Source: Chitinophagaceae bacterium
GTDB lineage: Bacteria; Bacteroidota; Bacteroidia; Chitinophagales; Chitinophagaceae
Reading direction: 5' to 3'
Assembly: GCA_023957575.1 (NCBI GenBank)
Contig: JAMLGU010000013.1
Span: 3,053-67,052 of the forward strand
DNA length: 64,000 nucleotides
Positions 30,259-39,754 of the stretch are shown in pieces. A model generated the notes under the pieces. That model saw only the letters and a program-made list of their open reading frames with translations. It did no database searches and was not told the DNA's origin. Position 1 is the stretch's first letter. Each line of letters starts with the position of its first letter. A program made the position numbers and the translations under genes.

Positions 30259-32427
30259 TTATTTTTTAGGTTGAAATAATGGATGCCCGCATTGCCACAT
30301 CATAAAGGCATATTGGTCGGCAAAGTTGGCATAAGTAACATCCTTATCATCGGTAAAATGGCCGTTGTCATAATTTATTTTCAATAAAACCGGTCGGCCG
30401 GATGTGCTGGCTTTTTGTGCTGCTGCTACAAATTTGCCGGGTTGCCATACCATCACACGGGGATCGTTGTAGCCACCTACTCCCAATATGGCAGGATACT
30501 TTGTACCCTTCACCACATGTTGCACACCGTCCATTTCAAATAGCGCTTTGCACTCCACACTGTCCTTTACGGTGCCAAACTCTGGTGTATTAGCAGGTCC
30601 ATTGGCACCAAACTCTTGCCGCATGGCATTGGCGCAGCCTACATTGCATACGGCAGCGGCAAACAAGTCGGGCCTTTCGGTAATGGCACGAGTAATAAGT
30701 ATGCCTCCTGCACTGGTGCCGGTACCAGCCAGTTTATCTGCCGATGTATAACCGTTTTTAATTAGGTATTCGGCACAACTTATAAAGTCCTTCCAGGTAT
30801 TGGGTTTGGTGGTTTTAAATCCGGCCTTGTACCAGGCATCGCCTTTTTCGTTTCCTCCGCGCACATGTGGAATGGCAATAACTATACCCTTAATGGCTAA
30901 CGAATTGTATAGTTTATTAAAATAAGGTCTCATGGGCGACCCATAAGCGCCATAGCTTTCCATCATGCAAACATTTTCCCCATTTAAAGGTGTGCCTTCT
31001 TTGTAAATGATGGAAAGGGGTATCATGGCGCCATCATGTCCCTTCACTTCCACTTCTTTTACCACAAGTTTTGTGTAGGCATCAGGATATATGGGTGGTT
31101 TATTGAACCGTGACGGACTAAATGCATCATTGTCTAAATTTACTTGAAATTCAGTCACGGGTTTGTTCCAGGAGGTAATTATACTTATACCCTTGTTTGT
31201 TTTGGTTGCATCCCAGGGTAGGCCATCAACAAAAGCAGTACCAGAGTAGGGGAGGTTTATTTTTCTTTGCTTTTTGGTGTGAATATTGTATTTAAAAATT
31301 TGACCATTGATGCCATCGGTGTAATTGGCAATCAGGTAATCTTTTGTTCGGGTTAGTGCCAGCAAAGTAAGACCTGGCTTTTCATCAAATATGGTTTCGG
31401 CATTGTTCCAATCCGGATTTTTTAAAGTAGTGTGCAACACTTTAAAGAAGGGCGCATTATTGTGGCTTATGGCAAATACCTCATCATCAAAAAATATTAA
31501 ATTACCAGTGAGTGAATCTTTTGGCATGCAAAGTATTTTCCAATTGGGTTTTCCGTTTATTTGACTAATGGGTGCATAGTACCAAAAGTTTTCTGCCTGC
31601 ACGGTTGATCTTCCGGCAAAAAGATATTTTTTTGAAAATCGTTCTACCCATGCCGAGGGATATTCTTCGGGTCGAATATTTAGATCAGGATTACTTTCAT
31701 TGCTAAAAAAATCTTTATCGCTTTCTTTCTTAGTACCGGGAATATGCAATCTTGTTTTAGAATTTAGTCCAAAATTGATGTCCTTGGAGTTGGAGTTAAA
31801 ATTTTTGGTAGTTCCATAAAGTATAGCCTTTCCATCGTGTGTCCATTGTGCACCAAAAACAGGAGCAATATCAGTATCAATAAATTTTCGGGTAGCCACA
31901 TCCATAATGTTCATGGTGTTAAGTTCGCTGCCACCTTGCTGGTAGGTTATGATGATTTTTTTTCCATCAGGACTTGGTTCTGCGCCTGATATAGAAAGTG
32001 TTTTTCCCTTGATATAATTGAGTGGGTCAAAGAGTAAATGCTCTGCTCCATTGTACAGCCCATCTCTGTAAAATAATTTATTCACTTTTTCACCAGGACT
32101 AAGTTTATAATAAAAAAGCCTTCCGTTAATAAAGTCAATGGGATTGATTCGCACCACTTGTTTTTTATCAATTTCTTTCCATTCGGCAATCAGCTCATTT
32201 CTGCCCGATAACTTGGAAAGAAAGCCATTGGTATAGTCCGCCTGTGTTTTAAACCAGTTGTTTACTTCCGGTGCATTTAGGTTTTCTAACCAACGATAGG
32301 GGTCTTTGTAGTTGATGCCAAAATAAGTATCACTGCTGTCCACCGTTTTAGTAGCTGGGTATTGGTATTGAGCAAACAGTAGGGTAGTGGCCATTATAGC
32401 AAATGATAAAAGATAAAGTTTTTTCAT
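30259..32427 (-). CDS. Secreted prolyl oligopeptidase family (S9A) serine peptidase
   Basis: DPYRWLE, YGAYG, HVRGG.EKG..W, GTSAGG nucleophile, NDPRV, NGH. Confidence 0.93.
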   Translation of the reverse strand: MKKLYLLSFAIMATTLLFAQYQYPATKTVDSSDTYFGINYKDPYRWLENLNAPEVNNWFKTQADYTNGFLSKLSGRNELIAEWKEIDKKQVVRINPIDFINGRLFYYKLSPGEKVNKLFYRDGLYNGAEHLLFDPLNYIKGKTLSISGAEPSPDGKKIIITYQQGGSELNTMNIMDVATRKFIDTDIAPVFGAQWTHDGKAILYGTTKNFNSNSKDINFGLNSKTRLHIPGTKKESDKDFFSNESNPDLNIRPEEYPSAWVERFSKKYLFAGRSTVQAENFWYYAPISQINGKPNWKILCMPKDSLTGNLIFFDDEVFAISHNNAPFFKVLHTTLKNPDWNNAETIFDEKPGLTLLALTRTKDYLIANYTDGINGQIFKYNIHTKKQRKINLPYSGTAFVDGLPWDATKTNKGISIITSWNKPVTEFQVNLDNDAFSPSRFNKPPIYPDAYTKLVVKEVEVKGHDGAMIPLSIIYKEGTPLNGENVCMMESYGAYGSPMRPYFNKLYNSLAIKGIVIAIPHVRGGNEKGDAWYKAGFKTTKPNTWKDFISCAEYLIKNGYTSADKLAGTGTSAGGILITRAITERPDLFAAAVCNVGCANAMRQEFGANGPANTPEFGTVKDSVECKALFEMDGVQHVVKGTKYPAILGVGGYNDPRVMVWQPGKFVAAAQKASTSGRPVLLKINYDNGHFTDDKDVTYANFADQYAFMMWQCGHPLFQPKK

Positions 32428-32533
32428 GCGTGTTAATTTTAATTCTTTTAATATTTTTTATGTTTTTGAAAAATTGTTATAGAACTATTTATAATTGATT
32501 CTAATAAGCAAACGTATCGACTTGCTTTTTCAA

Positions 32534-32561
32534 AAACTTGTAAAAACACGACATTTTTAGC
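32534..32561. repeat. 28-bp direct repeat, copy 1 (upstream of the peptidase)
   Basis: aaacttgtaaaaacacgacatttttagc, identical to 33707-33734. Confidence 0.9.
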
Positions 32562-32644
32562 TACACAAGTGCTTGCTATTAACCTATTTAGATATGATAG
32601 TTGGGCAGGAGGTGGAATGTATATAAAGTTATTTGTAATTGTCA

Positions 32645-33529
32645 TTATTTCACCTGATGCAGGAAAGCATAAATTGCTTTCAGCTCATCATCTTTAAACG
32701 TAAAGTACTTGTATGGCATCGCATCTGACAATTGTTTTCCATCGGGTCTTTTGCCGGTACGCATTACAGTTATAAACTCTTGTTCTTTCCACCTACCTAC
32801 ATCGCCTGTATGACTGATGTTGGGTATGGCTGGGCCTCCGGGACCTAAAGGTGGCCCGCCTTTGTAATTTTTTGAATGGCATCCCTGGCAGGTGGTGGAC
32901 AGATAGGCGCCATACTCAGGGGTAATTGATGGAATAATTTCATCTACATATTTTGCATTATGATCTATTTGCTCGGCAGGTAATAAAGGAAACTTATCCA
33001 AAAAAACCAGTATTCTTCCTAATGGTTTTATTTCCTTTTTAGGCACTGTATTATCTATCGGAGGCTGATGTTTTACAAAGTTTATAAGTGCGGCCATTTC
33101 CTGGTTGGACAAATGACTCACCTCATGCGAAGGCATGAACCAAACTGATTTTCCTTCCTTATTAACCCCGTGTCTTAAAGTGCGAATCCAATCTTTATCG
33201 GTATATTCTATGCCACCTTTACCATGGGTGATATTGGGTGCTACTAAGGTTCCCAAAGGCGACCCTGGTGGCATAAAAGCCTCAAATCCGCCTAAATTAG
33301 CTCCATGACATCCCATACAACCTCTGTTTTGGGCAATATGTCTTCCTTTTTCGTAAGAAAGTGAATCTGACGGAATCGTAAGATTTTGTACCATTACATT
33401 ATAAATTTTATCGATTCTGTTTTGGGTAGATAGATACACCACTGCATATAATATGACGACCAATATAACAATAGTTAAAAGACTTATTCCTATCCATTTC
33501 AAAACTTTTTTTCCAAATGATTTTTGCAT
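32645..33529 (-). CDS. Membrane-anchored di-heme c-type cytochrome
   Basis: N-terminal TM; CMGCH and CQGCH; APNIT, PNIS and MPY motifs. Confidence 0.88.
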   Translation of the reverse strand: MQKSFGKKVLKWIGISLLTIVILVVILYAVVYLSTQNRIDKIYNVMVQNLTIPSDSLSYEKGRHIAQNRGCMGCHGANLGGFEAFMPPGSPLGTLVAPNITHGKGGIEYTDKDWIRTLRHGVNKEGKSVWFMPSHEVSHLSNQEMAALINFVKHQPPIDNTVPKKEIKPLGRILVFLDKFPLLPAEQIDHNAKYVDEIIPSITPEYGAYLSTTCQGCHSKNYKGGPPLGPGGPAIPNISHTGDVGRWKEQEFITVMRTGKRPDGKQLSDAMPYKYFTFKDDELKAIYAFLHQVK

Positions 33530-33706
33530 TGAATTTTTTTTATTCTTTAAAAAATATTGGTGAAATCTTGTAACTCGAAGCCATTATCTTCTTTCATTTT
33601 ATCTGAATTATGGTTTTTGGTTGCATCATTCCATGCCAAACCAAATATTCATCGTTTCAATTCCTTATTTTTTCTGAAATTAAAACTAACGCATCACATT
33701 GCTTAT

Positions 33707-33734
33707 AAACTTGTAAAAACACGACATTTTTAGC
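33707..33734. repeat. 28-bp direct repeat, copy 2 (upstream of the cytochrome c)
   Basis: Identical to 32534-32561. Confidence 0.9.
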
Positions 33735-33828
33735 GAATCGTTTATATTGTATCAAAAAAAGGCTTTGACAATGTTTGTTGATGCAAATTATTGGATGCTA
33801 CCTGCTGTTTAAATGTTGGTTATAAGTG

Positions 33829-33862
33829 AAAACATCTCCTCCAAAAAAGGAGAAGATGTTTT
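33829..33862 (-). terminator. Intrinsic terminator
   Basis: 14-bp stem aaaacatctcctcc/ggagaagatgtttt, just after the stop at 33872. Confidence 0.65.
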
Positions 33863-33871
33863 ACCGGTCAG

Positions 33872-34405
33872 TTATTTATTTTTTGATTCTCTAAATTTTT
33901 TCTGAATTTTCATTTCCTCTTTTGTTACAATTAGGTTTATATACATTCGGTTGGCCTTCATTTGAAGAATATAAACCGGCATTTCCAAAGCAGGCGCTCT
34001 ATATTCATTAACATAATAAATTTCATACTCGGGAAAGGCATCTTCTACTCTTATTTTCACATCTTCGGATAACAATTCCGGATAGTATTTTCTAAGAGTT
34101 TGAACCCAGTTGCCGTTTTTGTCAAAAGATACTGCGAAGGATTGTTCGGTTTGACCAAAGTAGCCGATTTTTCCACCTTTAACAGATTGCCAACTAACGG
34201 CTCTTGCATTTGGGTAAAACTTTTCCAAATGCACTGCAGTCTTTACCTCTGACTTGGTTATTTTGACTTCCGGAGCCAGATGATTAGTGATTGGTTTCTG
34301 GTGGGGGTTGGATTTCAAAGAAAGTTTAGCAAACTCCTGTGCATGAGTGATAAAAGTGGCGCTCATTGCGCTCATCATTAACGACAAAATTAAATTTGTT
34401 TTCAT
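33872..34405 (-). CDS. Secreted protein, PepSY-like/BLIP-like domain
   Basis: Signal peptide; F..FYPNA..V.W, FDKNGNW, V...FPEY.I pattern. Confidence 0.6.
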   Translation of the reverse strand: MKTNLILSLMMSAMSATFITHAQEFAKLSLKSNPHQKPITNHLAPEVKITKSEVKTAVHLEKFYPNARAVSWQSVKGGKIGYFGQTEQSFAVSFDKNGNWVQTLRKYYPELLSEDVKIRVEDAFPEYEIYYVNEYRAPALEMPVYILQMKANRMYINLIVTKEEMKIQKKFRESKNK

Positions 34406-34516
34406 AATTGGTGTTTTTAATTGATTAAATAGAAATTTATTTTGAAAAGGTGATTAATTTTTACTTCATCTCTGGGTTTGATTTTTATTGTATCCCTTTG
34501 ACGAACCCCATCATTG

Positions 34517-36013
34517 TTATGAGGCTACGGCAGTGTAATTTTGCGGCAGCAGTAGGTGTAGGTCATTCTTAGCTGTAACATTTATCTTCTCAAACAGGTG
34601 AGTCAGCCATTTCTCAGGATTGACACCATGCAGTCGGCAGGTGGCAAACAGACTGTATAACATAGCGGCATCCTGGGCCCGCTCATGGCTTCCGGCAAAC
34701 AGATAGTTCTTTCTGCCTAAAGCCACCGGGCGGATACTGTTTTCAACTAAGTTGTTATCTATCTGCAATTTGCCATCAGTAGTATAGAGGCACAACTTCT
34801 CCCATCGCTTCAGCGTATAGCTTATCGCCTTGCCCAGCTTGGAGAGGATGGCAATGATTTTACAAGAAAATCCTGTAATAGTTTTTTAAGCGCTGTGTAA
34901 GAATGGGTACCGCATGGGTGAATCGGTATTCTTTTATCTGTTCCTAAAGGTAAGGCATTCATCTCTGCAGTGCGCTTCTATTTCGTAGAGTCGCTGTATT
35001 TCTGTCAGTATCTTTTCTGCACCGGCATTATCATAATCTTTTGAAGCGTCATAAAACTTGCGCCTGGCATGTGCCCAGCAGCATAGTGTGGTAACGCCTT
35101 CTACTTTATCGAAGGTTTCGTAAGCATCATAACCGTCTGTTTGAAGGTAGCCTTTAAACCTGTACAACATGCTCTGCGGATAAATAGCGCCTCTGCCCGG
35201 CTGGTAATCGAACAATGCTAACTTCCTGCCTGTATCGTAATACACCCAGTAGTATCGGTGAAGCTGATGCCCTTTTTATCTTTATCTAATACCTTAATGG
35301 TGGTCTCATCTACACCAAGGTAATCAGTGTTCAGAACCTCTTTACAGTGCAGGTTATATACCGGCTCTATAAGTTCATAGCATCCTTTATCCACCCTGAT
35401 ACTGTGTGGTTGATGGTGCATCCTGTCTTTTAAATATCTCAAGCTGACGATAGACTGGCTGGTGATCTACCCATTTGCTTACCAAAAGATGCGTGAGCAG
35501 TATTGGGCGCACGATGGACTTTTCCAAAGGCATGGCCGGCAGAGCAGCTATCACACGCCTGGCATTTTAATCTGTCCTCAGTTATTTCAATATATTCAGG
35601 ACGTACATATTGTTTTCGACAACTCTCGGGCTGATATTCCAATACCTCTTTACTTCACGGCCTACTTCTTTTAAATTACTTACATCTCCATCGGGCTGTA
35701 GTGTGATTCTTCCGCTCACGAAGCCCTTCTGGTAACGGATTACGGCCAGGATGATTTACGTTGAGTCTGGTTTGCTTTTTTTCAAATGATTTTATCAGCG
35801 TGGTTTTTTATCACGGTATGCTCACCAATTTATCATCAGGGAACAAGTCTGGTTGCACCACATTGGTATTGGATGATTGCTGAATAATTTTCTCCTTGCT
35901 GCCAAAGAAGATCCTTTTTTGAGCTCCGCTAACTGTAATTGCAGCGACTGTATCTGTAGTTGTGCTTGCTCGTAAAGGGCTTTATAATCGGTATGTGTAG
36001 GGATTGTCTCGAT
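34517..36013 (-). pseudogene. tnpC: IS66 TnpC transposase, multiply frameshifted
   Basis: Fragments in several frames: DETTIKVL, FDYQPGRG, YLQTDGY, CWAHARRKF, IDNNLVENSIRPVALGRKNYLF. Confidence 0.9.
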
Positions 36014-36093
36014 GAAACAATGTATAGGCAATAAGAATGCCAACAGTTGGCTGCAATGCAGTATTGGCAGTAGTTTCAGCCAATATGGCTGTA

Positions 36094-36715
36094 TCTTCTT
36101 ATAACGGATACTTTTTAATACCACACCGTTTAAAATGTATTGTAACTGATGAGCTGTCATGTTATATCCGATAGCTATCGGATGGCCGGTGTGCTCTGAT
36201 ACCGGTCGCTCAAAAGTGCCACGCTCTAATCCTTTTTCATACAAGGCAAATCCGTCACCATCCCATTGCAACATTTATTTTATTACCCCGCCGACTGATG
36301 AAAATGAATACATCGCCACTACAGGTACATCCTGGTTCATTTCATTACGCACCAAACCGCTGAGCTGTAAGCCCCTTGCCATATCCGTCGGACCAGTGTA
36401 ATAAAAGCGGCGGCAGCTGGTGTGCTCAGAATGCAACGCATGCCGATTAACTTTGATGGTGACTGTATTTATTTCACCGACGAAACTAAGCTGTACGCCA
36501 TTGGGGTAGGTTACCTCAATGGATGAATCTCTGCCTACATGAATCGGAGTGAAGCCTGCAACTTTCCTTTCCGAGAGTTTTCTATGCCAATAATAATAGT
36601 TGGATTTTACTATTCCGTTTTGTGCACAATATTCTGTAACTGTTAACCCGCTGATGCTTTGAGCCTCTATATGTCGCCGCATAACTTTTGCCTTAGAATC
36701 ATTACTAGTCTTCAT
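36094..36715 (-). pseudogene. IS66 TnpA plus frameshifted TnpB
   Basis: TnpA SGLTV.EYC...GI..S.YYYW.RKL; TnpB pieces TDM..G..LSGLV and LQWDGDGFALYEK.LERGTF in different frames. Confidence 0.8.
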
Positions 36716-36906
36716 CCCGCAAATATCAACTTATCAAACTGCACCGAAAATATAGGGTTGGCCGACAGGATACGGTTTTCAAATTATTCTTCAATCGGAT
36801 TAGCCAACCGACCTGATTTTAAGAAAGCAAGTTTCGAATTAACTCAAAACAAGACAATTAAGGTAAAAGTGATTTATATGTAATTCTACTAATCTTGTAA
36901 GTACGC

Positions 36907-37038
36907 CTCAAACGGTTTCCAGCTTTGCGTTCGGGCAGGTTTCGGAGCACAAAAGTTGATATTATTACTAAAGGCCAATTGAAAAACCACACTTGAATTT
37001 AGCACTTCAGCCCGCCTGAGGCAAAATCCTTGTTGGGC
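36907..37038 (-). other. attC-like recombination site (integron cassette type)
   Basis: Minus strand: GCCCAAC (RYYYAAC) 12 nt after the PIN stop; arm ttttgcctcaggcgggc pairs imperfectly with acctgcccgaacgcaaagc; ends at ccGTT (36913-36911); ~132 bp. Confidence 0.65.
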
Positions 37039-37050
37039 AGTCGTTCCTTT

Positions 37051-37533
37051 CTATCCAAAATCAAGAACTCCAAATGTTTCGTTGTATGGTTTGTTCAAGT
37101 CAATAAATTGAAATTTTGGATTTGTATGCTCCTTTAATAAGTTGTAGATTTTCAAACTCTCTGTGTCTGATGAAAGATAAAATTCCACCGATTTTTCGCA
37201 GTCAGCTTGTGCAAACAATTTAGTATCGTTTGGGATAATATTTCTTTCATTCAGTTTAAGTTTCGCTTTGTTTTGAAAAACAATTTTTGCAAATTCTCCT
37301 GTTCGTTTTGAATGGTCAAGATTAAACGGAACAATTTGAAGATTTTTCAATGGCAATTCGTGAATGTCTCCACCAACACAATACTCTGCAATGGAAATTG
37401 TTGAAATCATCATTGTGATTTCGTGTCCAATGAAATAGCGAAAATAATTGTCAGCGTTTTTGTAAAGTGGACTTTCATCATTTAGAAATCGAAGAAAAAA
37501 GCTGGTATCAAGTAATACAGATTTACGCGTCAT
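37051..37533 (-). CDS. PIN-domain ribonuclease (VapC-like)
   Basis: VLLDTSFF, ISTISIAEY, PNDTKLFAQA, YLSSD carry the four PIN acidic residues. Confidence 0.75.
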   Translation of the reverse strand: MTRKSVLLDTSFFLRFLNDESPLYKNADNYFRYFIGHEITMMISTISIAEYCVGGDIHELPLKNLQIVPFNLDHSKRTGEFAKIVFQNKAKLKLNERNIIPNDTKLFAQADCEKSVEFYLSSDTESLKIYNLLKEHTNPKFQFIDLNKPYNETFGVLDFG

Positions 37534-38305
37534 AACCTCCTCTTATTTCTGTTAACCAATTATCTGCATTAATATTTCCAAGCCACGATTTTTTTGCTTT
37601 ATCTCGTAAACTTTTCAAGTATAGTTCATCATATTTAGGTTGATAGTCAACAAGCTCTACAAACTTCAATGTAGATGTATCAATTTCTCCTGTTTCAGAA
37701 TGTTGTTTGCCAGTTGCTCTTATTCCAAGTGTTTTATATAGCAAATTGTCATCATACTCTTCTAAAAAAGTTATTGGTGTTTGAACCCTTACTGTTCCTA
37801 AATCTTCTGTATATATATGAATATTGGCTTTATCTTTTCCTCCAGCATTAGTCACTTTGCCATAAAAATAAAATTCTGCTTCTGCCCAAATTGCCTCTGT
37901 TCGCTTAAATTTTGTTGTTCTATCAACATATACTTCGTTTGTGTTTTCAAGTGAAGTTTTGATACTAATAACGTAGTTTTTCTTTGAAGCAATGTCTTGT
38001 ATGTTTTCAAATGCTTTTGCGGTTGAAAGGTCTAAAAAGTCAATATTTTGAACTTGATTAACTTGCCCAATAATGGCATTGAACCCAATTATGTATTGAA
38101 TTGAAGTTTTCAGAATATGCTTTACTGAGCCCTTTTCAATATTGTAACTTATTGTTGGTCTATCTTTTTTGTCGTTAGGGTATAGAAGGTTTTCTGCGTT
38201 TTCAAGAATTGAAATAATTTCCCGAATATCATAATTGTCAGGTGATAGTTCAAGATTTCCTTTTGAACCACTTATTTTAATTTCTATGTAACCTAATTTA
38301 TCCAC
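37523..38305 (-). CDS. Uncharacterised ~260-aa protein coupled to the PIN gene (GTG start at 38305)
   Basis: Long AT-rich ORF overlapping the PIN start by 11 nt; no family recognised. Confidence 0.8.
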   Translation of the reverse strand: MDKLGYIEIKISGSKGNLELSPDNYDIREIISILENAENLLYPNDKKDRPTISYNIEKGSVKHILKTSIQYIIGFNAIIGQVNQVQNIDFLDLSTAKAFENIQDIASKKNYVISIKTSLENTNEVYVDRTTKFKRTEAIWAEAEFYFYGKVTNAGGKDKANIHIYTEDLGTVRVQTPITFLEEYDDNLLYKTLGIRATGKQHSETGEIDTSTLKFVELVDYQPKYDELYLKSLRDKAKKSWLGNINADNWLTEIRGGYDA

Positions 38306-38347
38306 AATGCAAAATAACAAATAATTTTTTGAAAGTCAGTGTTGTTT

Positions 38348-39582
38348 CAGGGCAGACGCATTAAAAATATGTAGTAATCCACAGGTGTGGAAATAAAGTT
38401 GCTTGTAAATCAAATTGAATACCCGGACTTGCAGTTCCAAAAAGCTATGACAGCCATTATGGAACATTTTGGTCAGTTACCAGATCCGCGAACTAAAGAG
38501 CATAAAATCATTCATAAGCTCTATGACATTGTATTTATTACTATAGCGGCGGTTATATGTGGGGCAGAAGACTGGTATGATATTGAGGACTATGGGGAAG
38601 CTAACCAACAATGGCTTAGCCGTTTTCTGGAACTACCCGGTGGTCTGCCGTCACACGATACATACAACCGTGTGTTTTCGCTATTTGATCCGCAGGCTTT
38701 GCAGCAGTGTTTTGTGGGTTGGGTACAAAGCATTGCCCATATAAGTGAAGGGCAAGTAGTGAGTATTGATGGCAAACAGCTACGCCACAGCGGCGAGCAG
38801 GGAGGTAAAAGCATTATTCACATGGTAAGCGCCTGGAGCAATGCCAATAATATGGTGTTGGGGCGACTAAAAGTAAACGATAAGAGTAATGAGATTACGG
38901 CTATTCCTGCTTTATTGGAAGTATTGATGCTAAAAGGATGCTGGATTACTATTGATGCCATGGGTTGTCAAATCGAAATAGCCAAAAAGATCAGGGAAGT
39001 GGGGGCTGAATATATCCTCGCAGTAAAAGATAATCAAAAGCACCTGAATGATGACATTAAGGAAGCTTTTGCACAGACGCCGCAAACGGCAAGTCATACG
39101 CAATTAAATGTAGATCATGGTCGCATAGAAAAACGTATCTGCCGTATTATAACAGATATGGACTGGATTTGCAGTAAAGATCAATGGGAAGGGCTTCAAA
39201 CCATTATAGAAATAATAAGTGAGCGAACCCATAAAGCGACCGGAGAAAAAGAAAAGCAGGTTCGCCATTATATAAGCAGTATAAAGGCGCCGGCTGAAGC
39301 CTTCAATACTGCTATAAGGGAACATTGGGGCATAGAGAACAAACTGCATTGGGTTTTAGATGTTTGTTTTGGAGAAGATATGAGTACTAAAAGGGCAGGA
39401 ACTGCTGCCGAGAATTTTTCTTTTGTTAGCAAGGTAGCCCTTAACCTGCTCAATCAATCAGAAGAGAGAAAGGGTGGCAAAAAGCTTAGCATCAAACGAA
39501 AAAGAAAAAAGGCAGACAGAGATAAGGATTATTTGTTATCGCTTTTGGCTAAAGCCGGATAACTTTTAATGCGTCTGCCCTG
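38348..39582 (+). mobile_element. ISAs1-family insertion sequence, intact (1235 bp)
   Basis: Perfect 19-bp TIRs cagggcagacgcattaaaa; perfect 10-bp TSD agtgttgttt (38338-38347 and 39583-39592). Confidence 0.95.
38447..39562 (+). CDS. ISAs1 (H-repeat) transposase
   Basis: PSHDT..RVF, IDGKQLR, KSNEITAIP, TIDAMGCQ, VKDNQ, HGRIEKR, HWGIENKLHWVLDV. Confidence 0.95.
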   Translation: MTAIMEHFGQLPDPRTKEHKIIHKLYDIVFITIAAVICGAEDWYDIEDYGEANQQWLSRFLELPGGLPSHDTYNRVFSLFDPQALQQCFVGWVQSIAHISEGQVVSIDGKQLRHSGEQGGKSIIHMVSAWSNANNMVLGRLKVNDKSNEITAIPALLEVLMLKGCWITIDAMGCQIEIAKKIREVGAEYILAVKDNQKHLNDDIKEAFAQTPQTASHTQLNVDHGRIEKRICRIITDMDWICSKDQWEGLQTIIEIISERTHKATGEKEKQVRHYISSIKAPAEAFNTAIREHWGIENKLHWVLDVCFGEDMSTKRAGTAAENFSFVSKVALNLLNQSEERKGGKKLSIKRKRKKADRDKDYLLSLLAKAG

Positions 39583-39639
39583 AGTGTTGTTTGTTGTTTT
39601 GTCAAAAGTTGAATTTTGCCACTGTTTTGGTGGAATGAC

Positions 39640-39646
39640 GCCCAAC
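39640..39646 (-). other. Cassette 5' core site GTTGGGC
   Basis: Matches GTTRRRY and is the exact complement of the GCCCAAC at 37032-37038. Confidence 0.55.
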
Positions 39647-39754
39647 TTGAATAAAGGCGCACTTAATTCAGGTCAATAGGACTGTTAAAATAAAAGCAAA
39701 CGAAGGCATCCAATCAATCGTTAAACCTACGCCTATTATTCACCTAAAAAAGAC

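Larger units (their letters stand above)
34490..36773 (-). mobile_element. Degenerate IS66-family element
   Basis: TIRs gtatccctttgacgaaccc (34490) and gtatcctgtcggccaaccc (reverse complement of 36755-36773), 14/19 identical; tnpA/tnpB/tnpC fragments; flanks tttttatt and ggttttca differ, so no TSD. Confidence 0.85.

Noticed and set aside
32534-33734. 28-bp repeat considered as a CRISPR repeat
   Set aside because: Only two copies 1.17 kb apart with a gene between them; no cas genes
36659-36883. 74-aa plus-strand ORF
   Set aside because: Spans the IS66 TIR and overlaps tnpA antisense; junction artefact
39647-39754. Possible second attC or attI upstream of the cassette (GTTTAAC on the minus strand)
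   Set aside because: Arms pair poorly; more consistent with a secondary insertion site
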